The position numbers and the translations under genes are program-made. A DNA stretch of 64,000 nt from Octopus bimaculoides (lineage: Eukaryota): the NCBI RefSeq assembly GCF_001194135.2, contig NC_068987.1, forward strand, positions 90,379,716 to 90,443,715, in the 5' to 3' direction. Below are positions 36,436-49,653 of this stretch, in pieces (position 1 is the stretch's first letter; every line of letters begins with the position of its first letter). The notes under the pieces were generated by a model. That model was given only the letters and a program-made list of their open reading frames with translations. It was not told the origin of the DNA and ran no database searches.

Positions 36436-37751
36436 ATACTAAATATCAAGTTACATAAGGAAAAGTTATTTGAAAATACTTAATTGTGATATTCTGTATT
36501 TTTAAACCAAAGTCTCTTTGTATGAAAGGCCACTTCAGTGCACTTGAAAGTATCAGGTTTTCTATCAGTCTCTCTTAAATTTCACTGACTAATCCAATGA
36601 CTGACAGCATGGATTATACGATTATATCTGGTTTCTTACTCCTGTTGGTTCTATGAAATTTTCCAAATTTCATTTTGTTCAGATTTTTTCCCCAGTTTTA
36701 AATCTTTTCTTTCTAGGCTTGCACAGATGGAATGTTCCATTTAATGGCACAGTAATTTTTACTTCACAGATGACTGCCCTCTTCATTGCTTACCATTTGA
36801 ATGTGAAATAGGAGTGAAACCTGTTTTTGTCAATCAAGTGAAATTAATCAAAAAGAGTTAATATGTGTTGCTCAAAGCTACCAAATTAAAATGAGTACAG
36901 TAGTACCATTGTATTTCACTGAGTATCAATACCAACCATGAACTGATAACCAATAGTAAAACTGCATATATCTTTTGTTACTGATGATATCATCAACATC
37001 ACCGTTTTAACAGCCACTCTTCTATGCTTGTATGGGTTGGATAGAACTAGCTGATGTGGATGTTCTATGGCTGGATGCTCTTCCTGTCACCAACCCTCAC
37101 CTGTTTCCAAGTAAAGTAATGGTTCCTCCATGGCTGGACAGGTTTACATAGAAGACTGGAATTGAAGAATGTCAACTGCATGACAGTGACACATAGTTAC
37201 AACAATCACACAATGTCAAAACAAGGAAATACCAACTCACAAACACACACACATATATATATATGTATATATATATATATATNNNNNNNNNNNNNNNNNN
37301 NNNNNNNNNNNNNNNNNNNNNNNNNNNNNNNNNNNNNNNNNNNNNNNNNNNNNNNNNNNNNNNNNNNNNNNNNNNNNNNNNNNNNNNNNNNNNNNNNNNN
37401 NNNNNNNNNNNNNNNNNNNNNNNNNNNNNNNNNNNNNNNNNNNNNNNNNNNNNNNNNNNNNNNNNNNNNNNNNNTCTGTTTCTGTTCACGAAACCCACTA
37501 ACAAGGTTTTGGTCAGTCGAAGGCTAGAACAGAAGACGTTTGTCTAAAATGTCATGTAGTAGGACCGAACCAGAACCAAAAGTTTGGGAAGCAAGATTCT
37601 TGTTACTCAAGAAAATCCATGGCAACATAAGAAAGTATAACTAACCAGAGCAACGCATATAAATGCAAAGCCTCAGATTTATAAAAGTGGCGAGGGTGGG
37701 GAAGATTACATAACATTCATAGTTTTTTCAAGAACTGTTGTGAAATGGAAG

Positions 37752-37960
37752 GCAGCGTGCTGGCAGAAACATTAGCATGCCAGGCGAAATGCTTAGTGGT
37801 ATTTCGTCTGTCTTTACGCTCTGAGTTCAAATTCTGCCAAGGTCAATTTTAGCTTTCATCCTTTCGAGGTCGATAAATTAAGTACCAATTGCGTACTGGG
37901 GTTGATCTAATCGACTGGCCCTACTTCCGAAGAATTTCGGGTCTTTTACCTAGAGTAGAA
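37752..37960 (+). mobile_element. SINE family B copy
   Basis: aggcagcgtgctggcagaaac...ctttcatcctttcgaggtcgataaattaagtacc. Confidence 0.85.
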
Positions 37961-38159
37961 AAGAAGTGTTGAGAGATCAAATTGTTACAAACACGTTTCA
38001 AAACCAAGTTCCTGCCCTCCACCACCCGAGTTCTTGCCCTCCCCCACCGAAGTTCCTGGATGCTAAAATATGAAAGGATTCCAACAAGTATCAACCATTC
38101 CATTTGATCAGTTTCTAAGAAAGAACCGGACAAGACATACAACTGTAAGCAGTTGTTGT

Positions 38160-38570
38160 TTTTATCTTTTACTTATTTCAGTTACTAGACTGTGGCCATG
38201 CTGGAGCACTGCCTTGAAGAAACTATAATCGAATGAATAGACCCCAGTACTTCTTTTTAAAGCCTGGTACTTATTCTATCAGTCCCTTTCAACAAACTGC
38301 TAAGTTACAGGGACATAAACACACCAACACCAGTTGTGAAGTTGTTGGAGGGGAACAAAGAAAGACACATTTTATAAATATATATATATATATATATATA
38401 CATAAATACAATGGGCTTCTTCCAGTTTCTGTCTACTAAATCCACTCACAAGGCTTTGGTGAAAACAATGCTATAATAGATGACACTCGCTCAAGGTGCT
38501 ATGCAGTGGGACTGAACCCAGAACCATGTGGTTGGGAAGCAAGCTTCTTACCACACAGCTACACATGGCC
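38160..38570 (-). mobile_element. SINE family A full-length copy
   Basis: Reverse complement of 32935-33346 with an internal (TA)n. Confidence 0.85.
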
Positions 38571-38989
38571 CTATACATTTACTCATAAACAGTTACACAA
38601 TTAAAGACATTGTTTTTTTTGAAGTTGGAGAAAGCAATGAGTTGACATCCTAAAATAACAACTGAAAAGTAACGACTGCTTATTGTAAAGCTATTTCCAT
38701 ATGACATCAATATTATGTTAGCAGGTACTAAATCATAAATATGGGATTGTCACCAAGACCATTTCCTCTATAGTGGTTAACTGTCACCAAGTTAAAGAGG
38801 AATGACACCACCAAAAGGAAAAAAAGAAATTCTTTTAGCTGTCAGATAGCACTGAATTATCAATCTAGATTGTTCTGTGTTCGAACCCCACCCAAGTCAG
38901 GTTTACCATTTTGTATGTCAATAATACCAATTAATTATTTTGGTTCTCAAGTCAATTGACTCAATTATTCTATGACATTGAGAACAGAT

Positions 38990-39412
38990 GCAGGTATGGC
39001 TGTGTGGTAAGAAGGTTGCTTCCCAATCACATGGTTTTGGGTTCAGTTCCACTGTGTGACACCTTGAACAAGTGTCTTCCATTACAGCCCTGAGCTGTCC
39101 AAAGCCTTGTGAGTGGATTTGGGAGAGAGAAACTGAAAGAAACTCTTTGTGTGTGTGTGTGTGTGTGTGTTACTAATTGCCTGGCGTTGACATTGTGTGA
39201 TACTTGTAAATGAATGTCACCGTCATAAAAGCAGTGTCCTTTTCCAATCTTCAGTGAAACCCTATATGATCATGGGGAAATATTACCTTACTTGGAAACA
39301 GGTGAGGGTTAGTGAAGAGAAGGGCATCCGACCGTAGAAAATCCGCCTCAACAAATCCCATCCGACCCATGCAAGTATGGAAAAGTAGACGTAAAAATAG
39401 AATGATGATGAT
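38990..39412 (+). mobile_element. SINE family A head fused to a family F body and tail
   Basis: Head ggctgtgtggtaagaagg..., (TG)n, then acttggaaacaggtgagggtt...gcaagtatggaaaagtagacg...atgatgatg. Confidence 0.7.
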
Positions 39413-39618
39413 TGAGAACTTGTACCTATATGATTCCCCATTACTTTCAATTAAAAAAGAGATGAAAGAGAAGTCAAACCTTGTTGGATTTGAAATCTAG
39501 AGTGCGAGGTTAAGACTAGACAATATAAAACAACTGACCCATCGTCTCACCCCTACCATATTTATTAACCTTTGTTAATGCGAGTTAATACGTCTTCTCT
39601 TGTAAGTGTCTACAATAC

Positions 39619-39775
39619 CTTTCTTCAGGTACTGCAACCAACAAGTCGTGTTTTATCAACAACACTCTCCACAAGGCGACGAAAGCAAAAATGCTCGTAG
39701 CGAAATTCTTGCTTTTCACGAAGCACAGTTGAACCACTAGGAATGGAAAACCTGTCCAAAAACTCCAGTCACTGA
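39619..39775 (-). other. Candidate non-coding 5' exon (alternative first or second exon)
   Basis: Donor AAAG|GTATTG (GT at 39618), Inr-like TCAGT at 39775-39771, E-box CACGTG near 39864, no ATG. Confidence 0.4.
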
Positions 39776-42700
39776 GAACTTCACAAGACAGGATTAACTA
39801 AAAGATACTAAATAGAAAATTAAAGGGCATTAAACCTGAATATACATCTCACCAAGTCACTAACACGTGACAGCTCATAGAAAATCTCGTATTATGTTAA
39901 AAAATATTTAATAATAATACTAATAATAATGAAAGAATCTTACAATAATTCACTGCGAGATATATTAACCGACTTTTAATTTTTAATGTTTTTTTTAAAA
40001 CAGAATTCGGAAACGTACTTGAAGAATGTATGAATAAACGGTAGACAATAGAATGGTAATCTGAAGTGTAAGGAATTCCTTTGACGATATAAATAACGCT
40101 AGAATATTTAGCATAGGGTTAAAGTTAGAGAATTCATCGAGTCACATGGAAGCCACATTAAGAAGAAACACGGGAAACTGACAGAGATGCAAATATTCGG
40201 AACAGCTATCGTTAGGAGTTAGAAAATCTCACATTTATGGATATTAAACAAGTAATTTATTAATAATTCCTCTGACAATGGGAATGGAAGCGAATGAAAG
40301 GCATCATTGCCGATCCATAGGAAGCTGGAATATGCATGCTTTCAGTAAATCAATACCTTCATCACCCACCCACCCCCCTCTTTTCTCTCCCCCACCTCCG
40401 GACTTTCGCCAATGGCAGGAATATAGTTGTCACACTGAACAGTGAAATGGTTTTCAAAGCTGGTCAATGACCACACACAAGCTGTACAATAAGGAATACT
40501 AAACGAAGACATGGAATTATGATTCNNNNNNNNNNNNNNNNNNNNNNNNNNNNNNNNNNNNNNNNNNNNNNNNNNNNNNNNNNNNNNNNNNNNNNNNNNN
40601 NNNNNNNNNNNNNNNNNNNNNNNNNNNNNNNNNNNNNNNNNNNNNNNNNNNNNNNNNNNNNNNNNNNNNNNNNNNNNNNNNNNNNNNNNNNNNNNNNNNN
40701 NNNNNNNNNNNNNNNNNNNNNNNNNNNNNNNNNNNNNNNNNNNNNNNNNNNNNNNNNNNNNNNNNNNNNNNNNNNNNNNNNNNNNNNNNNNNNNNNNNNN
40801 NNNNNNNNNNNNNNNNNNNNNNNNNNNNNNNNNNNNNNNATATGACACGGTAATATGGAAAACCCCTAACTGAATAGAAGCTTTGGGTTTGGGAAATTGT
40901 TAATTGCCGTCATTTTAAGCCTTGCATCATTATTCTTTACTTTTTAAGATTAGTAAATTGTCTACCAGTTGTCATTGATAAGTGTTGGAGGACTTGCAGA
41001 GAACAGCGTAACCCGAAGACAAAATCGCCGGAAACGACAGCGTAATAGAATTTCGATTCATCAAACACAATGTCAGATCACTGAATTAATTATACCCGTC
41101 ATGTAAAACCCATATTAGTCAGCACAAAGGAAACTATATTTAACTGATGCTCAAAATAATTACTACATAAAGATGAATTTCTTCAAGCCATGTGACAACA
41201 CACGTAATAAATAATATATTTATTTATTTTACAAGGTAGCAGAAAGAGAAGGGTTTAATGGTTTGATGAGAGTTGGATGCTGTACATGCTGTTAAAAGTT
41301 GTATTTACATCTGACAGTGACGTCTGGAAAGATGACTAGTGCGAAGATAACATGTGGTGATGGTGGTGGTGAACCGATCAATTTTAGTCTTAACTCTATC
41401 AACTTTATATTTTGACACACTTAGCAATGATTGCCGATATTTAGTAGTGCAACTCTTCATATCTGTGTAAATTGGCAGAATACTGTGTTGGTTGCGTCAG
41501 AAGGAAAACGGAACTTTAATAAACGAAGGAAAAATTCCTGTAACATTAGTGTTGGTAATAAATTCTCTTTAGTACATTAATTCGATAACGAAACAATAAA
41601 GAATATAATAAAGAATTTTGGCATTAATCGGGAGGTAGGGTGGAATTTGCATGCATGTGAGACTCGATTGACAGACAAAAGTGACAAACTACTGCCCTGT
41701 AACACTAACAATCCATCATCTATTCGTGGGTGGGAAACAACTAGGTGAATTTGATATCTTTTTAAATCATAGATTTACGTAGTGGAACAATTTACAAGAA
41801 ACAGTATGTATATCCATTGTAAATATATCTAAAATAATATTTGACATTTAAATTAGAAAAATAAAATCAGTAATTATACAAGAGAATATCAGACTCATAT
41901 CCGGGTAGAAACAGTTCCAATTACGATTATTCCAGTTTCCGCTGAAAATGGAAAAGTATTCTGCAATTACTTATTTCAAAATAATGTATGTTGTAGATAC
42001 TGTGCGGATGGGGTTTAAAATTGTTAAAGAAAAACCATGTGCTAAATAATAACGATATACAGTCATTAATTATAAATAAGTGGAAATTTTCCTTAATTAA
42101 GATCTATAATATAGAGAGACAGAATCGTGAATGATGAAAATATTTTGTAATTAGATAAGCATTTAGCATTCTTAAAATTTTCCGTAAACTCGACTGAGTA
42201 CGAGTAAATCTAGAAATAGAGTTGTATGCGATTATTCAAGGTAATTATTGTAGGTGGATAGAAAAGGTAAGTTAAATAATGAAAGTGGGGAAAAAAATCG
42301 TCCTCTTTGCCGTTCTAAGTCCACATGGCATCATCACCTGTCACTTAGTCACAACAACAGCCATTTTCACAATAAATTTTTATTGTCTTCGTATTAATTG
42401 GATTCTTTGTTCAAAAAGCAAAACTTCGGAATTGAGATTCTCTAAATTCTAACTTCGTGTTTGAAATTTTTACACGGGTGAAATTTTCTCATTACATTAT
42501 CGTTCTACAAAAATAAAAAATAAAAATAGCGGTTTTCAAAGAGGGCGACAGCTAACTTAATGATTCGTTGCCGGAATACAAGGGGAAAAAAAGGCAAAGA
42601 TGGGAAGAAAGCTGAAATTCCTTCCAACCCGTTAGAAAATGGTAATCAACTGAAGATGTCACACCAGCACAATCAGTATTCCCACTTCAAACCTTTATAA

Positions 42701-43509
42701 TGAATGTAGTTAGGTACCCAAATGTTACAAACCCTTTGAAATATGAATTTGCATCAGGCGTTTATTATTATATAAACTGACCATTCAGTCAACTAGTGTG
42801 TTTCTGTAGGTGTGTATGTGCGCCATGTATATCGTAACGGAACCTTCTTCTTACATAAATATTTATATTAGAAAAAATATAACATTATGTAAAACAAAAA
42901 AGTCTTACTGAACAAAATGGAGTGAGAATGTGAAATATGGAGCAAACCCATCGGTGTAGACAATAGAATTCACATGGGGACAATTAAGGAACAACGATGA
43001 TGACACTAGAGGACATGAGCAAGAATATATTTTGATTATTAAGCTAATCTAAAAAGCTATATTGACTGTGTATGTATTTATACATTGACATATCGATTTG
43101 TCATCGATAATTTAGTAGAGAGGGAGAAATGGGTCGTCAACAAGGAAAAATCCTTCTTGCCGGCAGGAGATCAGGTAAAACGGTTACATTTACCTATGAG
43201 CTGTAAGTCCGCATGTGTGGTGACGAAAGGTGATTGTAGATTGCGAAGACTTAGAAAGAAAGAAAGAATGAAAAAAAACCCGACCTGGTTACTAAGAAAC
43301 AAGAATCATCCCCAATATTTAACACACACATTGAAGTAACAAGATTAGGCATTTACAATTGTATCATTCGAGACAAAAATGCTGCCAGCATCGAATGTTA
43401 AGTCGATGCGGATTTTTCTCTTTTCTTTATGTATGTGTGTGTTTGTCATAAACTGAGACTTGCTGTCGGTAACAATGAGTCAGCTACTAATCACACACAC
43501 ATACATTGT

Positions 43510-43543
<34 letters not shown>

Positions 43544-44053
43544 CACACGTGTTTATAAAGTGAAACAAAGAAAATAACATTTCTCTATTCAATCCTACTC
43601 GAGTATATAGATATATATATAAAAGTGAAAGTCTATAAACACACACATATATGATGCGTGTATACACACACACAGACGAACGCATGAAAAAGCAAGTGCG
43701 CTGAATAGCAATAATGATAATTGCAGAAGACGACAGGATCAGCAAGATTGAGTAATCGGAGGGCTGAGTGGAAAACAGACATAAAGAACACACAAAGCGA
43801 AACCGATTGACAAAGTTTAAACAAGAGACAGGCAGTCAAGGTATGGAGAGGGAGAACTTTAAACCATACAACAACGGTAAAGGGAATGAGGAGACCAAAA
43901 TATGAACATCATTCATCTTCGTCTCCTTCTCCTCCCTCGTCGTCGTCGTTCTTTCTTTCTTTCTTTCTTACTTTTCTTTTCTTTTACCTTTTTACATTGT
44001 CCCACGTCCATTCTAGTCATCAACAATACAAGAGACAACAAAGCGGAACTTAC

Positions 44054-44191
44054 CTGAACTATTATGTATATGTTATAAATAGGTCCTTAAGATTTGGAAA
44101 TGTTGTAGAGGAATCAAGAGAAGGTATCCAGAAAAACGACAACTGCCACTACTTAACTACAACAGCTCTCGCACAAGACAAACCAGCCATT
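44054..44191 (-). other. Candidate non-coding first exon of the minus-strand gene
   Basis: Perfect donor CAG|GTAAGT (GT at 44053), with TATAAATA about 28 nt upstream of the inferred start. Confidence 0.6.
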
Positions 44192-44211
44192 ATTCCAGTT
44201 AGGTACAGTGC

Positions 44212-44230
44212 TATTTATAGCGACCAATCA
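44212..44230. promoter_or_regulatory. TATA box (minus strand, 44219-44212) abutting an NF-Y-type CCAAT box (GACCAATCAG, 44222-44231)
   Basis: Motifs seen directly inside the CpG-retaining domain. Confidence 0.55.
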
Positions 44231-44879
44231 GCAACTGCCTTACATTCAGTGCCCGGTAGTTCGTGTGTCTATGTAGGTGGGAGTTAAATTAAATGAGGAG
44301 TAGGCAGAGGCGCACTTCTCTCCAAGATGTAGCGAGACGGGTGGAAGGGATTTAGTTACGCGAGAAACTGCCAAAAGAAAAAAAATCGGAAAGGAAAATA
44401 ATATTAGAAACTGTGTTAAACCATAGGGGAAAATATTCCGAAAGGATTTAGGTTACAGGAATCTTCTTTAGAATTATTTTTCTTTTCTTTTTTTCTTTTA
44501 CCGGTTCGATTTCAGAAGACTTTCTTTCGTTGATAGAGATTAAAATATTGTTATTTACAATTTAGCTTTTCACGGTCTGTCTTTCTTTAAAAAATACAAT
44601 AACTTTCCAACATTATAATGCTAATAAAGAAAGATCTGCTGTTAAAATTAGTTGAGCGGTGGTGAAAATGCCATGTGTTTCGCTAGGTCCCTTTTTTTTA
44701 TTTTTTTTTTTAACGTTTTGAGTTCAAATCCCACCGGAGTAATCATCGTCTTTTATTTTTCCAGGAGTCGATGAAATAAATTACCAGTTAGACATTGAAA
44801 TCTATGACCAAATATAACTTTCTCCCCTAAGTTTTTGCTGTTTTGTAACCAAGTTAAAACCCCAATATTTAATACTAAT

Positions 44880-45010
44880 GGAAGGACTACAGTGTGCCGG
44901 GCAAATATATATATAATTATGTCCCTTTACATTCTGAGTTCAAATCCCGCCATGGTCGACTTCGCCTCCTATCCCTCCGAGATTGATAAAATAAGCACCA
45001 GTAATTTACA
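44880..45010 (+). mobile_element. Decayed SINE family B copy
   Basis: ctgagttcaaatcccgccatggtcgacttcgcctcctatccctccgagattgataaaataagcacc. Further fragments near 44715 and 45110. Confidence 0.6.
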
Positions 45011-45264
45011 AAATAAGAAATACCCCCTCCCCCATGAATGTCACCCTGTACTAACGCACTAACTCAATGTGATTAAAATTCTACAACATCGGAGCGATTA
45101 CCTGGCTCCTCTATTCTGAGTTCAAATCTTGTTAGGGTTAGCTGTACCTTTCTTTTCTTTAGGATTGATGTACCCGTGGGTGGGTCATTTCAATCGATTA
45201 TATTTGTATTGTTTAAATCGACATTTTTACTAGTCCCCGTCAAAATATAATCTTTTATCTCTTC

Positions 45265-46190
45265 TACTTGCTTCAGTTACTGGACTAAGGCCATGCTGGG
45301 GCACTGCCTTGAAGGGTTTGAAGGATCTTAAGTCCGGTATTTATTCTTTCAGATCTTTTTTGCCGAAGCAAAGACATAAACAAACCAACACCGGGTGTCA
45401 AGTGAGGGGAAAAACAGATACCTGCCCCCCCCCCTCACATACACACACACACGTACACATATATACACACATGTACACATGCACTCTGATATCTATCTTT
45501 TATTATCTTGTTCCATTCATTACACTGTGGTCATGCTGGAGCACCACCTTGAAGCATTTTAGTTGAACAAATCGACCCCATTGCTTTTGTTTCTTTTTTA
45601 AACCTGGTACTTATTCTATTGGTCTCTTTTGCTGAACTACTAAGTTACACGGATGTAAACAAACCGACACTGGCTGTCAAGCAGTGGCTGGGGAGGTTTT
45701 AGGATTTTTATTTATTTGCTCGCTTTCACCTTTGTGTTTAAGTGAAACTTTATGGTTTGGTCATTTTGACTGCTCTTTTTAGCATGCTTGTTAGTACCAT
45801 TAATTATTAATATATATATATATACACACATACATACACACACACATGAAGGGTTTCTTTCATTTTTCTTCTACCAAATCTACTCACAAGGCTTTGGTTG
45901 GCTTCGGGCTATAGTAGCCGACTCTTGCCAAAGGTGCCATCCAATGACACTGAACCCAGAACCATATGGCTTGGAAGTAAAATTCCTACCACACAGTCAT
46001 AACTATGCTTATATATATATGTGTGTGTAATAGGCTTCCATACAGTTTCCTTTTACCAAATTTATTCACAAGGCTTTGGTTGGTCTGGAGCTATAGTAGA
46101 AGATACACACCTAAGGTGCTGTGCAGTAGGATTGAACCTGAAACCATGTGGTCGCAAAGTGAGCTTCTCAATCACATAGCCATGCTTGCA
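45265..46190 (-). mobile_element. Cluster of four SINE family A fragments
   Basis: Two tails (about 45265-45440 and 45500-45690) and two heads (about 45850-46000 and 46030-46190). Confidence 0.75.
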
Positions 46191-46655
46191 CTGATAAGCA
46201 AACATTTGACCCCCACCCCACCGCCCCCACGCCATTTGATGAAAAGACAAAATAAACTTTGTGTCCATATAATTCTTTTTTCTTTCCATGATGTTAGACA
46301 AGCTTAAAAAGTCTAAAACTTCTTTCCATTAAACAAGGCAATTTGTCAATCCTTTCTCAATCCTCAAAATCTCCCCCCACCTATTACACTACCCCGCTTT
46401 CCTATTAGTGATAAGCAGAGATAGTACAGCATTGGATTTCTTATGATTTGAGTTCTAAAGAACCAGGTCCCATTCACTAGCATAGCTTGAGTGCGTGCCA
46501 CCCAGGGTGGCCCTTCCGTTTGCCACTCCCCTGGACGCCACAAAAAAACACATATTGCCACCCCTTTAAAAGATCTGCTAGGGGCGGACCACAACCCCCC
46601 ACCACCACCACCACCACTACCACCACCACCCCAGCTACACTAGTGGTCCCATTTC

Positions 46656-47058
46656 ACCCCTTAGCATTCAGATTACTCTATCACATGTAATACTTGTTTA
46701 TGTACATTGTTTTGCATTTACCCTTAACCATTTAAACCAGTCACATCCGGCTGAAATATTCACTTGTTTTATGTTCAAACTGGCCAGATCTAACCTCTCA
46801 CACCTACCCGACAATGTCATTCTAAAAATAAACAATTGCATGATTGAAATCTTGAAACTATGAGATAATACATAATTAATTGAAAACAATGTGAATAATT
46901 AAAGCATTCCTGACAGAATAATCTTTCAGATTTCGATAACAGGATTGTCTATTGTTAGAATGACATTGTAGGGTAGGTGTGAGAGGCTGGATCTGGCTAG
47001 CTTGAACACAAAGCAGGTAGGATATTTTGGCCTTATAAGATCTATTTAAATGCTAATT
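46656..47058. mobile_element. Family H MITE carrying an inverted internal second copy
   Basis: 46656-46720 and 46925-47058 are in one orientation; 46721-46924 is in the opposite orientation. Confidence 0.7.
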
Positions 47059-48360
47059 GGTGAATGTATGTGGCAGATGCTCAGGAGCAATAAACACTGA
47101 AAATGTGCAGAAAGCAACATTTGCCACACTCCAGGGAGAAAACCTAGATGTAGTTGATAGCTTCTGCTACCTAGGTGACCAAGTTTGTTATGGGGGAGGG
47201 TGCGCTGAAAGTGTAGCTGCTAGAATAAGAATAACCTGGGCAAAGTTTAGAGAGCTCTTACCTCTGCTGGTGACAAAGGTAGACTATATGATGCATGTGT
47301 ACGAACAGCCATGCTACATGGCAGTGAAACATGGGCTGTGACTGCTAAGGACATGCGTAAGCTCGCAAGAAACGAAGCCAGTATGCTCCGATGGATGTGT
47401 AATGTCAGTGTGCATACTCAACAGAGTGGAAGTACCTTGAGAGAAAAGTTAGACCTAAGAAGCATCAGTTGTGGTGTCAAGAGAGACGATTGCGCTGGTA
47501 TGGACATGTGGCAAGAATGGATGAGGATAGCTGTGTGAAAAAGTGCTACACCCTAGCAGTTGAGGGAACCTGTGGAAGAGGTAGACCCAGGAAGACCTGG
47601 GATGAGGTGGTGAAGCACGACCTTCGAACATTAGGCCTCACCGAGGTAATGACTAGTGACCGGGACCTTTGGAAATATGCAGTACGTGAGAAGACCCGGC
47701 AAGCCAAGTGAGAGCATAATCTGTGACCTCTGCCAGAAGTGTAGTCAGCTCACTTATTCATATCTTTACTTCATTGAACACTAAAAACTCTACTTGCGAA
47801 GACCTGTTGAGGCAAGTGAATTTGAAATCTGAAATCGAAATCGAACTGAATCCGACGACTGGCACCCATGCCAACCTCTCCTTCATTGGACACTAAACTC
47901 TGCTTGCGAAGATCTGTTGGGGCAAGTAAAATCGAAATTGTAATTAAACCATATTTGATGACTAGCACTTGCACTAGTGGAGCACTAACAGCACTGTCCG
48001 AGCGTGTTTATTGCCAGAGCAGCTGTCTGGCTTCCATGCTGGTGGCACGTTAGAAAATCATTCAAGCGAGGTCGTTGCCAGTGCCGCTGGACTGGCTCCC
48101 GTGCAGGTGGCACATAAAAAACACCTTTTTGAGCATGGCCGTTGCCAGTACCACCTAATTGGCCCTTGTGCAGGTGGCACGTAAAAGCACCCACTACACT
48201 CTCAGAGTGGTTGGCATTAGGAAGGGCATCCAGTTGTAGAAACTCTGCCAGATCAGATTGGAGCCTGGTGCAGCCTTCTGGCTTGCCAGTCCTCTGTCAA
48301 ATCGTTGAACCCATGCTAGCATGGAAGGTGGACGTTAAACAAGGATGATGATGATGATGA
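47058..48360 (+). mobile_element. 5'-truncated RTE LINE: ORF2 C-terminus plus complete 3' UTR and (GAT)n tail
   Basis: VCGRC...LDVVDSFCYLGD...ARIRITWAKFRELLPLL, LHGSETWAV, RRLRWYGHVARMDE...GRGRPRKTWDEVVKHDL across frameshifts; tail gatgatgatgatg at 48345-48360. Confidence 0.95.
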
Positions 48361-48364
48361 GGAA

Positions 48365-49652
48365 GTCCCAGAAAGATTTACCCATTGATATTTCTTAGAT
48401 ATTCAAAGTAATCTTAAGATAAGATAATGAAATTTGGCACACTTTTTAATGTAAATCGTCAATCCATTGCAGTAATTATACTTCAAAATGACCACCTTTC
48501 GTCTTAATCATAGCCTGCAAAAGAGTGGTTACTGAGTTGCTTGGCCACTGTACCACCTCTTCATCCAACTTGACCTATGAAGACGGAAGGGCTTTCTTCA
48601 AATCTGACACATTTGAATGGGAGTGGGCAGAAACACTACTCTCTAAGATGGACCAAGTAGTGAAGTCCATGGGAATGATGTCTGGACTTGAGGGAGGTCA
48701 TATCATCTTGTCCCCAAAACAGCTGAAATGCTCTTTGAACCACCTCTGTGTCAAATCAAATGTGTGGTTTGGAGCCCCGTCTTAAGTGAAGATATATCAC
48801 TCACCAAAGGTTGCTGTGGTCCAGGGTAACACTTTCTCATCCAACATTTCCACATAAACTTCACTGTTGACCTTGACGCCAGCATTGATGACGATCAAAG
48901 GAGACTTGGATCCATTAGATGCAACTGCAGCCCACACCATGAGTAAAGCTGGCTTCTTATGGTGCAAAAGACTCCTGCTACCTTCAGGCAAGACTCCTGC
49001 ATTATGTGCATAAAGCCTAAAGCCTGTCATTCTGGTAACTGCTTCTGCTGGTAACTGCTTCCAGTGAAGATCTTCCCATTGGACCAGATCAACACTAGTT
49101 CGTGGCATGCTTTATCTCAGCAAACATGGTTTTACCCCTATTGAACTGTTTATTCTTGGAAGTGGCTGAAATTAACTGCCAGGATTGTTTCTTGTGTACA
49201 GTTAGCTTTAAATACTCTTTAAAATTCCTGGGCGTTGATGATTTCAAAATACCAAGAGTTTTTGCAGTTTTTCTTGCACTGATTTTAGTTCATTCACTTC
49301 TTCATGGCTTCAACTGTTTGTTTGCGACGAATTAATCGTTTTCTTCCAGGAATTGGCTTGCTACAGGTAGTAGCAGACTCCATATACCATTTCCAGGTAT
49401 TGAACACTGTTTTACGGCATGCATTCGTTTTGTCATGTCCTTGTTGCTCATTCCAGCTGTTTTCAAAAAGACAATCTGGTCACGTTTTGTTTTCAATGCC
49501 ATATTTGTTTACAAACCTGTTATAGACAAATGAAACAATAGACACACAGACAAAAGACGTATGCAAATATTTATTTAAAATGTAATATTACCGGAATCAA
49601 ATATTCTTCAGGAAGAGTTTTAAACATGAGTAAATCTTTCTGAGACACCCTG
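48365..49652 (-). mobile_element. Near-complete decayed maT (DD37D) Tc1/mariner transposon
   Basis: TIRs gtcccagaaagatttacccat (48365) and atgagtaaatctttctgagacaccctg + TA (49652). ATG at 49502 (MALKTKRDQIVF), then LMVWAAVASNGSKSPL, *DGAP-x37-D (SSPDIIPMD), ending KGGHFEV* at 48476. Several stops and frameshifts. Confidence 0.9.
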
Positions 49653-49653
49653 T

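Larger units (their letters stand above)
39450..45200. promoter_or_regulatory. CpG-retaining (putatively unmethylated) promoter domain
   Basis: CpG dinucleotides are visibly frequent in unique sequence here and scarce in unique sequence at 1-39.4 kb (judged by eye, not counted). Few SINEs inside. Confidence 0.6.
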
